From: Marsupella aquatica
Taxonomy: Eukaryota > Plantae > Marchantiophyta
Assembly (NCBI GenBank): GCA_973895155.1
Contig: OZ316897.1
Location: 12,895,375-12,959,374, forward strand
DNA: 64,000 nt
Direction of reading: 5' to 3'
How positions within the stretch are numbered: the first letter of the stretch is position 1; each line of letters starts with the position of its first letter. Below are positions 62,601-64,000 of the stretch, one piece after another. Below the pieces are notes generated by a model, which was not told where the DNA came from, ran no database searches, and saw only the letters and a list, made by a program, of their open reading frames with translations. The translations under genes were made by a program, and so were the position numbers.

Positions 62601-63011
62601 AACTTTCTAGCCCTCTGGATTTCTAAAGGCAAGTGCCCGACATTTGATTTATGGAAAAACTAAACATAAATTGTAAACTTGTCATAAACTCTATAATAAT
62701 TGAGAGAAATAGGGAACCAGAGTGGTGTTGGATTATGTTATCAGGATAAAATTATGTTTTCCTCAAAAGTGCAAAAAGCCCCATGTTTGAGGGTTCTCAC
62801 ATGCGATTGGTCACACACCGTGATCACCTGCCGAGATTTAAGGAGATGTCCTACTGACAGAAACACTCTGACTCCTCATTTTATTATTTGCCACCCTTGC
62901 TCAAAGTTTTACATCAAACTGCCAAAGTCAACACTTTTCCGTCCGGACAGGTTGCATGCAATTTGGATTTTCACGTGCAATGATTTAATGCGCGGCGGCT
63001 GCTATCATTTG
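59698..63011 (+). repeat. Segmental/tandem duplication, copy 2 (paralog of 1-1872) with extra segments at 59820-60930, ~62035-62143 and ~62581-62810
   Basis: Direct sequence colinearity with the window start. Confidence 0.92.
60994..61269. repeat. 98-bp perfect inverted duplication (60994-61091 / 61161-61258) flanked by a 14-bp direct repeat
   Basis: TCCGCCCCTCATGA at 61150-61163 and 61256-61269; absent from the paralogous copy near 345-360. Confidence 0.92.
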
Positions 63012-64000
63012 GGGCAATGCAGGCTTGCAGGAATGCAGGGTGAGAAGGCGAGGTTCGGATACGAATCGAACGCAAAATGTTAATTTCCGTGCTTCCAGGA
63101 GGCGAGCATTTTAGGGGCCAAAAATGCGCTATCCCTGCCAGAGTCGACTACGGTGTTCGAAATGTTGCGGGGTGTTTTTTCCAGAAAAAGAGTCTAAAGA
63201 GAGAAAATATTCAATATTTCACAAGAAAAATACAAATACCCCAACTTATTTTGTAGGATACCCTAAAGTGTAATTTGCACGTGTTTGAATTAATTTGAAA
63301 TAATTTCTCACTCACTTCAGTAATTCAACAAAAACATTTTGAACATTATCATGTGATACATAAAATCATTCACATATGAATTATGTTTTTAAAATATTCT
63401 AACAAAATTCATATTTTTTCTCCACTTTTTGAAATTTAAAAACTATTTGGTCCTTCATTTTTGTATACAATATTTTGAAAATTTTCAATCCTTGAAATCA
63501 CAAGAATTCTACTCATGAGTGAAAACTCACAAAATATTTCCTACACCGAACAGAAAAAATTCAAAGAGCAAAACATAACGTTCAAGCAAGATTGAGAGTA
63601 AAACACATTTATATACCAAATCAATGAAGAAGCAAAAAAAGTTGACCAAAATAAATCATCTTGAAAAGTGTGAATGTTTTTTTTCTCTCCTTACATAGTT
63701 TTTTTTTCTCTGTACGGTTCCGTAAAGTGAAAATTTCTCCCCTTATCTACAAGCCAACCAGAAATGTCCAACTGTACTTTTTGTTGGCTCATAGACACTG
63801 GGAGAAAATTTGTACTTTACTCAGCCAATACTTTTAAGTTTCAAGGAAAGAAGAGGCCAACCTGAAGGATTAGGTTAGTCATCTGGGAAGAATGTTGTTA
63901 CTCCATATCTATGAGTTTCAACCATGGCCAAGTAAGTCTGCATGTTGGTTCAACTCCTCCATTGATGGATTTACTCTTCCCAATGGATTTGACTCGTTTA

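Overview
Eukaryotic, intron-containing, repeat-dominated DNA, most likely from a land plant. This is inferred from telo-boxes, GT-AG introns, plant-type PIF/hAT/MULE/CACTA pieces and CG/CHG-type nonsense changes; a bryophyte is my guess and cannot be proven here. I recognised no intact host housekeeping gene. The core is a nest of two large, related TIR DNA transposons. Element A (about 19489-45496, about 11.8 kb once inserts are removed) contains element B (23601-37551, 13.95 kb, 4-bp TSD GTAG). Each encodes a DDD-type transposase of the DUF7869/Sola-like kind (D-x-MDQ ... DN-x-x-x-x-NKN ... GHTHxxxD) and a spliced protein of 1,000 aa or more that fuses a ParB/Sulfiredoxin-like domain to a beta-class DNA amino-methyltransferase fold. 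Each also carries cargo: F-box-like ORFs in B, an FCP1/NIF phosphatase-like gene in A. Each element is studded internally with its own palindrome (A: CTCGAGA-N3-TCTCGAG; B: CGATAAATTTATCG), and the two motifs switch at the element boundaries. This transposase + ParB-MTase + private palindrome arrangement is the best candidate for an undescribed system, possibly self-marking or anti-silencing. Also present: a PIF/Harbinger gene pair, a truncated hAT transposase, several MITEs/MULEs, a fungal-like alcohol dehydrogenase pseudogene between 1.1-kb direct repeats, hairpins, and a duplication bracketing the window. All family assignments come from motif recognition by eye; no searches were run.
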